NCBI GenBank assembly: GCA_963771175.1
Contig: CAVYSY010000008.1
Coordinates: 48,299 to 112,298 of the forward strand
Length of the DNA: 64,000 bases
Direction of reading: 5' to 3'
Source: an uncultured delta proteobacterium
GTDB taxonomy: Bacteria > Myxococcota > Myxococcia > Myxococcales > Myxococcaceae
Both the position numbers and the translations under genes were made by a program. The notes beneath the pieces were generated by a model that did no database searches, had not been told where the DNA came from, and was given only the letters and a program-made list of their open reading frames with translations. Within the stretch, counting starts at the first letter, position 1. Each line of letters starts with the position of its first letter. This document shows positions 43,071-54,683 of this stretch, piece after piece.

Positions 43071-44903
43071 GTGACACCGCACGAGCCTGGCACCGCGAAG
43101 CAGCAGCCGCCCGCGGAGCTCCCCGCCCCCGAAGAGACGTCCCGCGACTTCACCCTCCACGAGGCCGAAGCCTGCGAGTCCGGCACCGCGACCAGACCCG
43201 AGCGGCACGCGGACATGGTGCGCTGGCTCCACCCGGCCATGCTCATCCGCACCGGCCTGGACGCGCTGGTGGCCGCCATGTTCGGCGCTCGCGCGGACCA
43301 CCGGCTCATCGAGGCGGTGGTGCGCCCGCAGCCGCCCTACTTCGACTACTCGGACGAGACGCCCGACGAGGACTTCTGGCTGGACTACGTGGCGGACATC
43401 GGTGACGGGTGGAACTCCACCTACGCGGTGGCGCGGACGATGGCGCTGCCCTCGCTGGACGTGACGGACCCGCAGGGAGAGAAGCACGCCCTGGAGCGCG
43501 GGCGCATCCTCGTGCTCGGCGGGGACCAGGTGTACCCGGGCGCCAGCCGCGAGACGTACGAGGAGCGCCTGGTGCACCCCTACGAGGAGGCACTGGGGCG
43601 CACCCAGGAGCCCAGCCCGGACCTGTTCGCCATCCCGGGCAACCACGACTGGTACGACGGGCTGGCCGCCTTCATGCGGCTGTTCTGCGCCAACCGCTGG
43701 CTGGCCGGCCGGCGCACGCGGCAGAGCCGCAGCTACTTCGCCCTCAAGCTGCCGCGCGGCTGGTGGCTGGTCGGCACGGACGTGCAGCTCGAGAGCGACA
43801 TCGACGTGCCCCAGGTGGAGTACTTCCGCCAGGTGGCCACGCACATGAAGCCGGAGGACCGCATCATCCTCTGCAACGCGGAGCCCGCGTGGATTCTCGC
43901 GGCCACCGCCCCGCGCCGCCGCGGCTACCTGGAGAACAACCTCGAGTACCTCCAGGAGAAGGTGTTCGGCCGGCGCATCTGCCTCTTCCTCGCGGGGGAC
44001 CTGCACCACTACCGCCGGCACGAGGGCCCCGATGGCCGACACAAAATCACCGCGGGCGGCGGCGGCGCCTTCCTCCACCCCACCCACGCCCCGGCCGCGC
44101 CCCGGCTGCGCGACGGGTACGTGCTCAGAGAAGAGCTTCCCGGACGAGCAGACGTCCCGGAAGCTGGCGCGCAAGAACCTCCTCCTCATCCGCCACAGCC
44201 CCCTCTTCGGACTGCTGACGGGCGCGCTCTACCGCTGCTCGCGCTGGTGACGTACACCGAGATAGGCACCTTGGGGCTCTCGCACTTCATGGAGGCGCTC
44301 CGAGCGGTGGCGTCCTCGGTGGCGGGCCGCCCCTGGTCTCCGGTGCTGGGGCTGGCCACCATCGGCGGGCTCATCGGGCTGGCGGACAAGGCCTTCGGAA
44401 GATGGCGGGTGCTGGCCGGCACGCTGCATGGCCTCGCGCACATCCTCGCCGCGTTCTTCGTGGCCTGGGCCTCCATCTACTTCATCGTCACCGGGCTGGG
44501 CATCTGTCCGGAGGTGCTCCCCGGCACCGCCCCGCTGTGCGCCGCCGGGTGGACGCACCTGTGGGCCAAGTTCATCCTCTCCGCCCTCCTCACCTTCGTG
44601 GGCGGCTTCCTGGTGGGGCCCTTCATCATGGGCCTCTACCTCACCGTGAGCGTCAACCGCTTCGGGGCCCACTCCAACGAGGCCTTCATCTCGCTGGCGG
44701 TGCCGGACTGGAAGAACTTCCTGCGGCTGCGCATCGACAAGGCCGGGCAGCTCACCGTGTACCCGGTGGGCCTCGAGCGCGTGCCTCGCAAGTGGAAGGC
44801 GACGGGCGCCAGCCCCTACGGGCCCGCCTATGACCCGGACGACCCGAAGGCCACCGAGCCCGTCCTCATCGAGCCGCCGGTGCGCGTCACGCCGCGCTGC
44901 TGA
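43071..44903 (+). CDS. Metallophosphoesterase with C-terminal TM region (compensating indels near 44125-44235)
   Basis: DYVADIGDG, GGDQVYP, PGNHDWYDG, GDLHHY motifs. Confidence 0.88.
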   Translation: MTPHEPGTAKQQPPAELPAPEETSRDFTLHEAEACESGTATRPERHADMVRWLHPAMLIRTGLDALVAAMFGARADHRLIEAVVRPQPPYFDYSDETPDEDFWLDYVADIGDGWNSTYAVARTMALPSLDVTDPQGEKHALERGRILVLGGDQVYPGASRETYEERLVHPYEEALGRTQEPSPDLFAIPGNHDWYDGLAAFMRLFCANRWLAGRRTRQSRSYFALKLPRGWWLVGTDVQLESDIDVPQVEYFRQVATHMKPEDRIILCNAEPAWILAATAPRRRGYLENNLEYLQEKVFGRRICLFLAGDLHHYRRHEGPDGRHKITAGGGGAFLHPTHAPAAPRLRDGYVLREELPGRADVPEAGAQEPPPHPPQPPLRTADGRALPLLALVTYTEIGTLGLSHFMEALRAVASSVAGRPWSPVLGLATIGGLIGLADKAFGRWRVLAGTLHGLAHILAAFFVAWASIYFIVTGLGICPEVLPGTAPLCAAGWTHLWAKFILSALLTFVGGFLVGPFIMGLYLTVSVNRFGAHSNEAFISLAVPDWKNFLRLRIDKAGQLTVYPVGLERVPRKWKATGASPYGPAYDPDDPKATEPVLIEPPVRVTPRC

Positions 44904-44906
44904 GGC

Positions 44907-45368
44907 TCACTCCCACAGCGGCGCGGAGCACTCGCCGCACTGGCGCTGCGCGAGGTCCAACCACTCGAGCGCCTCGGCGAGCACCTCCGAGGTGGGCCGG
45001 CCATGCACGAGCACGCGGCCGTAGAGCTCGCCAAACCGGTTGGCCACCACCAGCGCCGCCGTCCCCGGCACGAGCCCGAGCGTCTCCGAGAGCTTCCACG
45101 TCACCGTGCCCTCCGGGTCCTTCAGCGCGCCCGGCAGCAGCGGCTCTCCGGCCCGCCCGGGCATCATCACCGTGAAGACCTCGACCTCGTCCCGGTGCCA
45201 CCCCGGCGCACGCGCCAGGAGCTCGCGGTGGAGTCCCTGACAGGCCTCGCAGTTGGCGTGCAGCAGCGCCACCAGCATCTCCCGGCGCTGCCACGCGTCG
45301 CGCGTCCCGCGCCGGTGGCCGTCCTCGGCCTCGAGCTGGAACAGGGGGATGTCTCGTCGCAGCGGCAT
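44907..45368 (-). CDS. Thioredoxin/peroxiredoxin-like fold hypothetical protein
   Basis: HANCEAC, LVVANRFGE, C-terminal QCGEC. Confidence 0.6.
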   Translation of the reverse strand: MPLRRDIPLFQLEAEDGHRRGTRDAWQRREMLVALLHANCEACQGLHRELLARAPGWHRDEVEVFTVMMPGRAGEPLLPGALKDPEGTVTWKLSETLGLVPGTAALVVANRFGELYGRVLVHGRPTSEVLAEALEWLDLAQRQCGECSAPLWE

Positions 45369-45494
45369 GGGCCACCTCCTCTCCTTCGATAACACCCGGC
45401 CGGGCGCCAGCCCCACACACCGACCTCACCGCAAAACCAGGGAAACGTGACAGGCACGAGTGCGCGCGGCCCGACTCTGGTGTAAAATTGCGGC

Positions 45495-46127
45495 ATGACT
45501 GGCGCCTCCTGCTTCGTGCAGCCTCGACTTGCCCTCGCCCTCCTGCTGGCCGCGTGTGCCGCCCTGGGGGGACCGGGTGCGCCACCACCTCACGCGCGAC
45601 CACCTCCACGCGCCTCGGCCTCCGAGCCCGTCGCCGCGCCCGAGCCGCCCCCCGCCCCCAAGCCGGCTCCGGCGGCCGTCGCCAAGGCCGAGCGCCCCAA
45701 GTCCACGAAGAAGCGCGCCGCAAAGCCGACACCTGCCCCGGCCCCCGAGGTGAGGACGAACGTCGCGGCGAGGACGCCCGAGCCGAGGAGGCCCCAGCAG
45801 GACGGGGCGAGCACGAGCCTCGGGGCCACGGAGTCCGAGCCCGTCCCCTTCGAGCCCTCGGGCATGACGCGCCCCCAGCGTGTCAGCGGGAGGGAGCCGC
45901 AGCTCACCCCCGAGGCCCGCGCCGAGCGTGTGCACGGCACGGCGTTGGTGCGCTGCGTGGTGACGCGTGAGGGAGGGGTGAAGGGCTGCAAGCTGCTCAA
46001 CGACCTGCCGTACATGGAGAAGGAATTGCTCGAGGCCGTGTCGAGCTGGCGCGTCACTCCCGTCACCGCCCAGGGCAAGCCGCTGAACGTGGAGTACACC
46101 TTCGTCGTCCGCATCCCGTCGAGCTGA
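45495..46127 (+). CDS. TonB C-terminal domain protein
   Basis: Pro/Ala-rich linker, then MTRPQ...TPEARAERVHG...CVVTREG.V..C...WR..P..QGKP. Confidence 0.85.
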   Translation: MTGASCFVQPRLALALLLAACAALGGPGAPPPHARPPPRASASEPVAAPEPPPAPKPAPAAVAKAERPKSTKKRAAKPTPAPAPEVRTNVAARTPEPRRPQQDGASTSLGATESEPVPFEPSGMTRPQRVSGREPQLTPEARAERVHGTALVRCVVTREGGVKGCKLLNDLPYMEKELLEAVSSWRVTPVTAQGKPLNVEYTFVVRIPSS

Positions 46128-46194
46128 GCAGCGCCCGCGCGCTCGCGTGCCCACCGGGTGGCGGATGAGGGCGGCCCGGCGTTAAACCAGCGCC

Positions 46195-47301
46195 ATGCCC
46201 AAGGGTTCCGTCTTCGGTGGGAAGGCCCACGGCCTCCGCCTCGAGCGCATGCGCGCCTCGCCCCGTTTCCTGGACGGGGTCTTCAAGAACACCGCGGGGG
46301 TGGGCCCCGGGCTCAAGCCCGGCACCGCGCTCTCGACGATGGGCGAGTTCTTCCTCGGTGGGCAGCGCCGCACGCCGCCCGCGCCGCTGCCCGCTCGAGA
46401 GCCCGCTCGCGACGTGGGCGCGGCCGGTGGACACGGGGCTGCGCGCGACGTGGCTCGGGCACTCGACGGTGCTGCTGGAGCTGGACGGGCTGCGCGTGCT
46501 CACGGACCCGGTCTGGGGCGAGCGCGTCGTCGCCCTGGGCCTTCGCGGGGCCGAAGCGCTTCCATCCGGTGCCGGTGCCGCTCTCCGCGCTGCCCCCGCT
46601 GGACGCGGTCATCGTCTCGCACGACCACTACGACCACCTCGACTACCCGACCATCCTCGAGCTGGCGCGGACGGACGTGCCCTTCTACACGTCGCTCGGC
46701 GTCGGCGCGCACCTGGAGGCGTGGGGCGTGCCGCCCGAGCGCATCACCGAGCTGGACTGGTGGGAGTCCGCCACGCTGCCGCGCGGGGAGCTGCGCATCA
46801 CCGCCGCGCCGTCGCAGCACTTCTCCGGCCGCGGCATGGGAGACCGCAACCGCACGCTCTGGTCCTCGTTCGTCATCGAGAGCCCGAGGCACAAGGTCTT
46901 CTTCAGCGGCGACACGGGGCTCACGCCGGAGTACGCGAGAGATCCGCCAGCGACTCGGGCCCTTCGACCTGGTGATGCTGGAGGTGGGCGCGTACCACCC
47001 GGCGTGGGGCGACATCCACCTCGGGCCGGAGAACGCGCTGAAGGCGCTGGAGCTGCTCGGCGGCGGCGCGTTCCTGCCGGTGCACTGGGGCACGTTCAAC
47101 CTCGCCATCCACGCGTGGGATGAGCCGGCGGAGACGCTCGTGCGGCGCGGACAGGAGCAGCGGGTGCGACTGGTGATGCCGAAGCTAGGCGCGCCGGTGG
47201 AGCCCTCGCGGGTCGAGCTCGTGGACCCGTGGTGGCGGTCCGTCGGCGCCGCCAGCGAGTTGGAGCGCCCCCCGGCGAGCGCGGTGGACCCGGCGAGCTG
47301 A
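46195..47301 (+). CDS. MBL-fold metallo-hydrolase (NAPE-PLD-like; several indels)
   Basis: TWLGHST, LTDPVW, SHDHYDHLD, QHFSGR, FFSGDTG, PVHWGTF. Confidence 0.9.
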   Translation: MPKGSVFGGKAHGLRLERMRASPRFLDGVFKNTAGVGPGLKPGTALSTMGEFFLGGQRRTPPAPLPAREPARDVGAAGGHGAARDVARALDGAAGAGRAARAHGPGLGRARRRPGPSRGRSASIRCRCRSPRCPRWTRSSSRTTTTTTSTTRPSSSWRGRTCPSTRRSASARTWRRGACRPSASPSWTGGSPPRCRAGSCASPPRRRSTSPAAAWETATARSGPRSSSRARGTRSSSAATRGSRRSTREIRQRLGPFDLVMLEVGAYHPAWGDIHLGPENALKALELLGGGAFLPVHWGTFNLAIHAWDEPAETLVRRGQEQRVRLVMPKLGAPVEPSRVELVDPWWRSVGAASELERPPASAVDPAS

Positions 47302-47311
47302 CGGACACGGC

Positions 47312-48750
47312 TCACGCCAGGCTGCGCGCGAGGCTCCCCAGCGTGGCCAGCGCGCCCTCCAGCCGGGGCGACCACGGGAAGCCGCAGCTCAGGCGGATGA
47401 AGTTCCCGTAGCGCTTCTGCGCCGAGAAGACGGGGCCGGGCGCGATGCTGATGCCGGCCTCCAGCGCTCGCGAGTGCAGCACCAGCGCGTCCACCTCGCG
47501 CGGCAGCTCCACCCACACCAGCGAGCCCCCTTCCGGCCGCGTCACCCGCGTGCCCTCGGGAAAGTGCTCGCCAATGGCCTCCACCACCCGCTGCACCTGC
47601 GAGGCGAGCTGCCGGCGCAACGCGCGCAAATGTCTGTCATAGCCCCCGTTGCGCAGGAAGGCGGCGATGGCCAGTTGCGGCAGCGTGGGCGTGGCCACCG
47701 TCTGGGCGAACTTGAGCAGCTCCACCTTCTCCCGGTAGCGCCCCGGCGCCACCCACCCCACCCGGTAGCCCGGCGCCAGCGTCTTGGAGAACGAGCCACA
47801 CAGCAGCACCCGCCCCTCCGTGTCGTGGGCCTTCGCCGGCCTCGGGCGCTGGGGCCGAAGTGCAGGTCGCCGTAGATGTCGTCCTCGATGAGCGGAATGT
47901 CCCGCTCGGCGAGCATCGCCACCAGCCGACGGCGGTTCTCCTCCGGCATGCAGCTCCCGAGCGGGTTGCTGAAGCTCGGCACCACCAGCACCGCGGCCAC
48001 CCGGCGCTTGCCCAGCGCGGCCTCCAGCGCGTCCAGCTCCAGGCCGTGGCGCGGGTGGCTGGGAATCTCCAGCGCGCGCAGCCCCTGGGCCTCAATCGCT
48101 TGCAGCGTCCGTAGTAGGCGGGGGACTCGATGGCCACGGTGTCGCCCGTGCGCGCCACCGCGGAGAGGCTCAGGTGCACCGCCTCCGAGGCCCCACACGT
48201 CATCACGAAGTCCTCCGGCGCCAGCGGGCAGCCCCAGTCCAGCGAGCGGCGCGCCACCTGCTGGCGCAGCTCCAGACACCCCGGCGGCATGTCGTACTCG
48301 ATGGCCTGCTCGCCCGCCTCGCGTGACAGCTGCGCCAGCTCCCGGTTGAGGCGCCGGAAGGGCAGCAGCTCCGGCGAGGGGAACGCCGCCCCGAGGGGAA
48401 TGATGCGTGGATCACTCGCCGCGCGGTACACCCGGGCCACCAGCGCGCTCACGCTCACCGGCGTCGCCGAGGCCGCGGGCTGGGACACCTGGGGCTCCGC
48501 GAGCTGGGGACGCTCGCGCCGACGGACGTAGTGCCCGGACTGGGGCCGCGTCTCGATGAGCCCCAGCGACTCCAGGTGCACGTAGGCCTGCAGCACCGTG
48601 GACACGCTCACCCGCTCGCTCGCGCTGAGCTGCCGCACCGAAGGGCAGCCGGTCTCCCGCGCGCAGCGTGCCCGCGGCAATCGCATCCCCGAGCCGCTCG
48701 GCCACCTGCTCATACAGCTTCGACTTCGGTGTCGCGCTCGCCTGTCTCAT
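47312..48750 (-). CDS. MocR/GntR-family regulator with PLP aminotransferase domain (several indels)
   Basis: LYEQVAERL...LPSVRQLS....VSVSTVLQAY wHTH; IEDDIYGDL; SFSKTLAPGYRVGW. Confidence 0.92.
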
Positions 48751-48824
48751 CGCGTCCTCCGCTCGCCGGGCCATCCTCTCCAGCGGGGCGCCACCCGGCA
48801 CAGGTACAGCTCGCCCCCGAGAAG

Positions 48825-48859
48825 ACCAGCACAGTTTCCCGGGGTCAAACTGTACTGGT
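48825..48859. promoter_or_regulatory. Inverted repeat, probable MocR operator
   Basis: accagcacagttt-N9-aaactgtactggt (13-bp arms, one mismatch) in the divergent MocR/EamA intergenic region. Confidence 0.65.
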
Positions 48860-48937
48860 CACAATGTGAGTCCGCTGAATCTGTTCTTTCCGCCGAGCCG
48901 GGCCCATGTTGAGCGCGCAAGAGAGGAGGCGGAGCAC

Positions 48938-50074
48938 ATGGCCTCGATGACGCTCGTGACCGGTGAGGAGCCGGCGGGTCTGGCACTCGCACAGGGCGCG
49001 CTGTGGACCTACCTGCCCCGCATGGGAGGGCTGATGCTCTCCTGCTGCGAGGGAACCGTGTGGCTCACCCGCGAGGGTGACTCCGTGGACCACGTGCTGA
49101 AGCCCGGGGACGCGGTGCAGGTGGAGGGACACGGACGGGTGGTGGTGCAGGCGCTCCGTCCCGCGCGCCTGTGCTTCGCGCCCACGCCGCCCTCCGAGTC
49201 CGCGCGCACGCTGGAGGGACTGCTGCTCGGCGCGCTCGGGGTGGTGGCCTTCAGCTTCACCCTGCCCGCCACCCGGGTGGCAGTGCCCGAGCTCGGAAGC
49301 ACCGTGGTGGGCCTGGGCCGGGCGCTGGTGGCCGCGGTGCTCGCGGGGCTGTTGCTGGCCGTGCGCCGCGAGCGCCTCCCCGAGCGCCGTCACTGGCCGC
49401 GCCTCGCGCTGGTGGCCGGGGGCGTGGTGGTGGGCTTCCCGCTGCTGTCCGCGCTGGCGCTGCGCCACATGCCCGCCTCGCACGGCGCGGTGCTGGTGGG
49501 CCTGCTGCCCGCGGCCACCGCCGTCGCCGCCGTGTTCCGCGCGCGCGAGCGGCCCTCCCTCGGCTTCTGGCTGGCCTCGCTGGCGGGGCTCGGCTGCGTG
49601 CTGACCTTCGCGCTGGCGCGGGGCGCGGGGCTGCCCACCCTGGGCGATGCCCTCGTGCTGCTCGCCGTGGCCTCGGCCGCGGTGGGCTACGCCGAGGGTG
49701 GGGCCCTGGCACGCGAGCTCGGGAGCTGGCGCGTCATCTGCTGGGCCCTGGTGCTCGCCGCGCCCTTCCTCGCGCCCGTGGTGGCCCTCTCCGTCGGCCC
49801 CGAGCTGCTCTCCGCGAGCCCTCGTGCGTGGCTCGGGTTCGGCTACGTCTCGGCGGTGAGCATGTTCCTCGGCTTCTTCGCCTGGTACCGGGGGCTGGCG
49901 CTCGGGGGCGTGGCCCGCGTCAGCCAGCTCCAGCTCGCCCAGCCGTTGCTCACCCTCCTGTGGTGCGCGCTGCTGCTCGGCGAGCCGCTGGGGCGCGACA
50001 CGCTCGGCGCCGCCGTGCTGGTGCTGCTGTGCGTGCTCATCAGCGTGCGCACCCGCGTGCGGCGCGTGGCCTGA
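48938..50074 (+). CDS. DUF2917-like domain fused to an EamA/DMT transporter
   Basis: N-terminal CEGTVWLTREGDSVDHVLKPGD (DUF2917-like) reads in frame into a 10-TM DMT (FSFTLPATR...FFAWYRGLALGGVARVSQLQLAQP). Confidence 0.8.
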   Translation: MASMTLVTGEEPAGLALAQGALWTYLPRMGGLMLSCCEGTVWLTREGDSVDHVLKPGDAVQVEGHGRVVVQALRPARLCFAPTPPSESARTLEGLLLGALGVVAFSFTLPATRVAVPELGSTVVGLGRALVAAVLAGLLLAVRRERLPERRHWPRLALVAGGVVVGFPLLSALALRHMPASHGAVLVGLLPAATAVAAVFRARERPSLGFWLASLAGLGCVLTFALARGAGLPTLGDALVLLAVASAAVGYAEGGALARELGSWRVICWALVLAAPFLAPVVALSVGPELLSASPRAWLGFGYVSAVSMFLGFFAWYRGLALGGVARVSQLQLAQPLLTLLWCALLLGEPLGRDTLGAAVLVLLCVLISVRTRVRRVA

Positions 50075-50095
50075 GCCCCAGGGCCCCGCAGCACC

Positions 50096-51094
50096 TCAGG
50101 CCCGCGTGAGGATCTCCACGCCCGGTCCGGTGACCAGGACGGTGTGCTCGAACTGCGCGGAGCGGCTGCCGTCGGCGGTCACCGCGGTCCAGCCGTCGTC
50201 CCAGCATCCGGTGGTCCCAGGCGCCCAGCGTGATCATCGGCTCGATGGTGAAGGTCATCCCGGGCTCCAGGATCGGTGGTCGCCTCGGGCTCGAAGTGGT
50301 GGGGGATCTGCAGCGACGGTGTGGAAGCGCTCGCCGATGCCGTGGCCGCAGTAGGCGCGCACCACGCCGAGCCCGTTCTTGGCGGCGTGCGCCTCGATGG
50401 CCTGGCCGATGTCGCTGATGGGCCGGCCCGGCTTCACCGCCTCGATGCCCTTCATCAGGCACTCGCGCGTGACGCGCACCAGGCGCTCGCTCTCCGGTCC
50501 ACCTCGCCCACGAGGAAGGTGGCCGAGCAGTCGCCGTGCATGCCGTCGAGGTAGATGGTGACGTCGAGGTTGACGATGTCCCCGTCCTCGAGCGCGCCGG
50601 TCGTCGGGGATGCCGTGGCAGATGACCTCGTTGACCGAGGTGCACATGCACTTGGGGAAGCCGTGGTAGTTGAGCGGGCTCGGGTAGCCGCCGCGCTTGA
50701 GGTACTCCTCGTGCGCGATGGCATCGAGCGCGTCGGTGGTGACGCCGGGGCGCACGCGCGCGGCCGCCGCCTGCAGGACCTCGGCGGCGGCGCGGCAGGC
50801 GCGGCGCATGCGGGCGATCACTCCGGGGTGCACCGCGGGGCGCCGGGATGCCGCGACCCGGCCGACCCGAGGGGCGTAGTCCGGGCGCGGGATGTTCGAC
50901 GGGCACCGGTGCGCATGGGGCAGATGACGCCCGGCCGCAGCCGCCGCGCAGCGGGTTTCAGGCCCACGCTTGCGCGAGCACGCGTCCGCCTCCCGGTGGC
51001 ACTTCTTGTACTTGGTCCCACTCCTGCACCAGCAGGGATCGTTCGGCTTGGGCAACACGGAGGGCGGAACACGGGCGGTGGAGACGTCGGTCAT
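50096..51094 (-). CDS. map: Type I methionine aminopeptidase with N-terminal SEC-C motif (many indels)
   Basis: [22 protein letters not shown]...HGDCS, YCGHGIG, FTIEPMI, SAQFEHT; N-terminal PNDPCWC.SG.KYKKCH. Confidence 0.92.
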
Positions 51095-51247
51095 ATCCCG
51101 GACCTATAGCCGCTGGCGCCGTACCGCGCACGCGTTCTCGGCTGGCTGCTCTCCGGGTCTGGAACCAGGGCGACACCGTGGGGGGTTGTCTGGCTGGTCG
51201 AAGACCTGCGGACCGCCAACCCATCGGCTACGCTGCGCGCCCAGCCC

Positions 51248-54200
51248 ATGGCCCCTCCCACCTCGTCGAACTTCCAGTTCCTCACGGCGCACGACCCGCT
51301 GCTGGTGGCCCTCGGCGCCCAGGCGGAGCGCTACTTCGCGGAAGACCCGAACACCAGCGTGGTGAAGCTGCGCCAGTTCGGCGAGCGACTGGCCAACGGG
51401 TGGCTGCTCACTTCGGCATGTCTTCGAACGGTCTCACGCAGAGCGAGCTCATCGAGCGGCTCGCCGCTCTCCCGCACAACGCGGTCCCCTCCGAGATCCG
51501 GACGCTGTTCCATGAGCTGCGCAAGGCGGGAATGACGCGGTCCACGACTTCACCGCCAGTCATGAGGAGGCACTCCCCTGCTGAAGCATGGCCCGGCAGC
51601 TCGCCATCTGGTTCCAGCGGACCTTCGGCCGGGCCCGCCGGACTTCAACCCCGGTCCCTTCATCCCTCCCGCCGGACCCGACCCGGGAGAACAGCGAACT
51701 CGCGTGCCGAGTTGGAGCGCCTGCGCTAGCGCCTCGGCACCGCGAAGCTCGACGCCGAGACCGCCCGTGCCGCCGCCGAGGCCGAGGCCCGCCGCCGGCT
51801 CGACGCGGAGGAGCGGGCCCGGCGCGATGCCGAGGACTGCGACATCTGGCAGCAGCTCGCCGAGGAGGCCGAGAAACAGCTCGCCGAGGAGCTGGCCACC
51901 CTCCAGGCCCGTGCCGCCGCCCAGCCACCCGAGGCCCTGAAGCAACTGGCCGCTGCCTCCTACAAGGCCGGCGAGAAGCTGGAGCTGGACGAAGCCGACA
52001 CCCGCCGTCTCATCGACTCGCAGCTCCGCGAGGCCGGTTGGGAGGCGGACTCGGAGCGCCTCACCCACGAGAACGGCGCCCGCCCCGAGGCCGGCCGCTC
52101 CCAAGCCATCGCCGAGTGGCCCACCGCCGACGGTCGCGCCGACTATGTCCTCTTCGTGGGCCTCCAGGCCGTGGCCGTGGTGGAGGCCAAGCGCTGGCGC
52201 ACGGATGTGTCCGGCGCCCTCCCCCAGGCCCACCGCTACGCCGAGTCCTTCACCCCCCAGGGCGACATCTCGCTCCCCGGCGGCCCCTGGAGCACCAGCC
52301 GCCTGCCCTTCCTCTTCGCGACCAACGGGCGCCCCTACCTCAAGCAGCTCGAGACCAAGAGCGGCATCTGGTTCCACGACGTGCGCCGCCCGAGCAATGC
52401 CCCGCGCGCGCTCGACCGGCTGGTACTCGCCCGAAGGCCTGCTGGAGCTGCTCGAAGCAGGACGTGGACGCCGCCGAGAAGCACCTGCGCGAGGAGCCGG
52501 TGGACCTGCCCTCGCTGCGGCTGCGCGACTACCAGAAGACCGCCATCCGCGCCGTCGAGGACGCCCTGGCGGAGGGCCGCCGCTCCTGCCTCGTCGCCAT
52601 GGCCACCGGCACCGGCAAGACGCGCACCTGTCATCGGGCTCATCTACCGGCTGGTGAAGACCAAGCGCTTCCGCCGCGTCCTCTTCGTCGTGGACCGACG
52701 CGCCCTCGGCGAGCAGGCCTCGGACACCTTCAAGACCGAGTTCGTCGATGGACTCGCAGACCTTCGCCGACATCTATGGACTGAAGGGGCTGCGAGGCCA
52801 TCACGCCCGAGGCCGACACCCGGCTCCACATCGCCACCGTGCAGGGCCTGGTCAAGCGCGTCCTCTACCCCGTCCGAGGGCGAACAGCCCCCGGCCGTCG
52901 ACCAGTACGACTGCATCATCGTGGACGAGTGCCACCGCGGCTACACGCTCGACCGGGAGCATGTCCGAGGGGGAGCTCACCTTCCGCGACCAGGACGACT
53001 ACATCTCAGCAAGTACCGCCGCGTGCTCGACCACTTCGACGCGGTGAAGATCGGCCTCACCGCCACGCCGGCCCTGCACACCAGCGAGATCTTCGGCGAC
53101 CCGGTGTTCCAGTACAGCTACCGGCGAGGCCGTCATCGACGGGTGGCTGGTGGACCACGAGCCGCCCATCCGCATCCAGACCGAGCGCAGCGCCGACGGC
53201 ATCCACTTCCAGGCGGGCGAGGAGGTGCCCACGCTCGTCACCGACACGCAGCAACTGGAGCTGTTCCGGCTCGCCCGACGAGCTGAGCTTCGACGTCGAG
53301 GACTTCAACCGCCGCGTCATCACCGAGCCCTTCAACCGCGTGGTTGCGGAGGTGGCTGGCCGAGTACGTCGACCCTCGGCTGGACGGCAAGACGCTCGTC
53401 TTCTGCGCGAACGACGACCACGCGGACCTGGTGGTGAAGGTGCTCAAGGAAGCGCTCACCGCCCGCTACGGCGAGCTGGACGACGAGGCGGTGATGAAGA
53501 TCACCGGCAGCGTCGACCGCGTGGACGAGAAGATCCGCCGCTTCAAGAACGAGCGCCTTCCCACCATCGCCGTGACGGTGGACCTGCTGACGACGGGCAT
53601 CGACGTGCCCCCCATCTGCAACCTCGTCTTCGCTGCGCCGGGTGAAGAGCCGCATCCTCTACGAGCAGATGCTGGGCCGCGCCACGCGCCTGCACACCTT
53701 CCCGGACGGGACGGCCAAGGAGAGCTTCCGCATCTTCGACGCGGTGGACCTGTACGAGACGCTGCAGCCTTACTCGGCGATGAAGCCGGTGGTGGTGCAA
53801 CCGCACGTGCCCTTCGCCCAGCTCGTGAAGGAGCTCCAGGAGTTGCCGGACGACGAGCGGCGCGAGCGAGGTGAAGGACCAGTTGCTGGCGAAGCTGCAG
53901 CGCAAGAAGAAGGCCCTGCGCGAGCGCCACGCCGAGCTGTTCGAGGCCGCCGCGGGCGGGCCGGTGGACGCGGTGCTCGGCGAGCTGAAGGCAGCCACGC
54001 CGAAGGAGGCAGCGGAGTGGTTCGCCGCGCACCCACAGGTGGCGGAGCTGCTGGACCGGACCACGGGGGGTGGCCAGCCGCGCGTCTACATCTCCGAGCA
54101 CGCGGACGCGCTGAAGTCCCTGACGCGGGGCTACGGCGAGGGCCGCGAGCGCCCCGAGGACTACCTGGAGGGCTTCGGACGCTTCGTGAAGGAGAACCTG

Positions 54201-54656
54201 AACAAGCTGCCGGCGCTGTTGGTGGTGACCCAGCGCCCGCGCGAGCTGACGCGAGAGACGCTCAAGTCCCTGAAGCTGGCGCTGGACACGGCGGGCTATA
54301 CCGAGCCGCAGCTCCAGGCGGCGTGGAAGGACGTGAAGAACGAGGACATCGCCGCGACCATTATCGGCTTCGTGCGGCAGCAGGCGCTGGGTGAGCCGCT
54401 GGTGCCCTACGCCGAGCGGGTGGAGCAGGCGATGAAGAAGGTGCTCGCCAGCCGGCCGTGGACGCCACCGCAGAAGAAGTGGTTGCAGCGCATCGGCCAG
54501 CAGCTCACGGCGAACGTGGTGCTGGACCGGCAGTCCTTCGACTCGGGAGCCTTCAAGGACAACGGCGGCTGGAGCGCGCTGGACAAGACGCTGGAGGGGA
54601 AGCTGGAGCAGGTACTCGGGGACCTGGCGGACCACGTCTGGAGCCCCGCGGCCTGA
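51248..54656 (+). CDS. hsdR: Type I restriction endonuclease subunit R, EcoKI-like (many indels)
   Basis: SNFQFL N-terminus, ADYVLF...VVEAK nuclease, MATGTGKT, DECHRGY, LTATP, LLTTGIDVP, QMLGRATR, C-terminal EcoEI-R-like domain. Confidence 0.93.
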
Positions 54657-54683
54657 GCCTCTCGCTCACTTGAGGAGGACACC

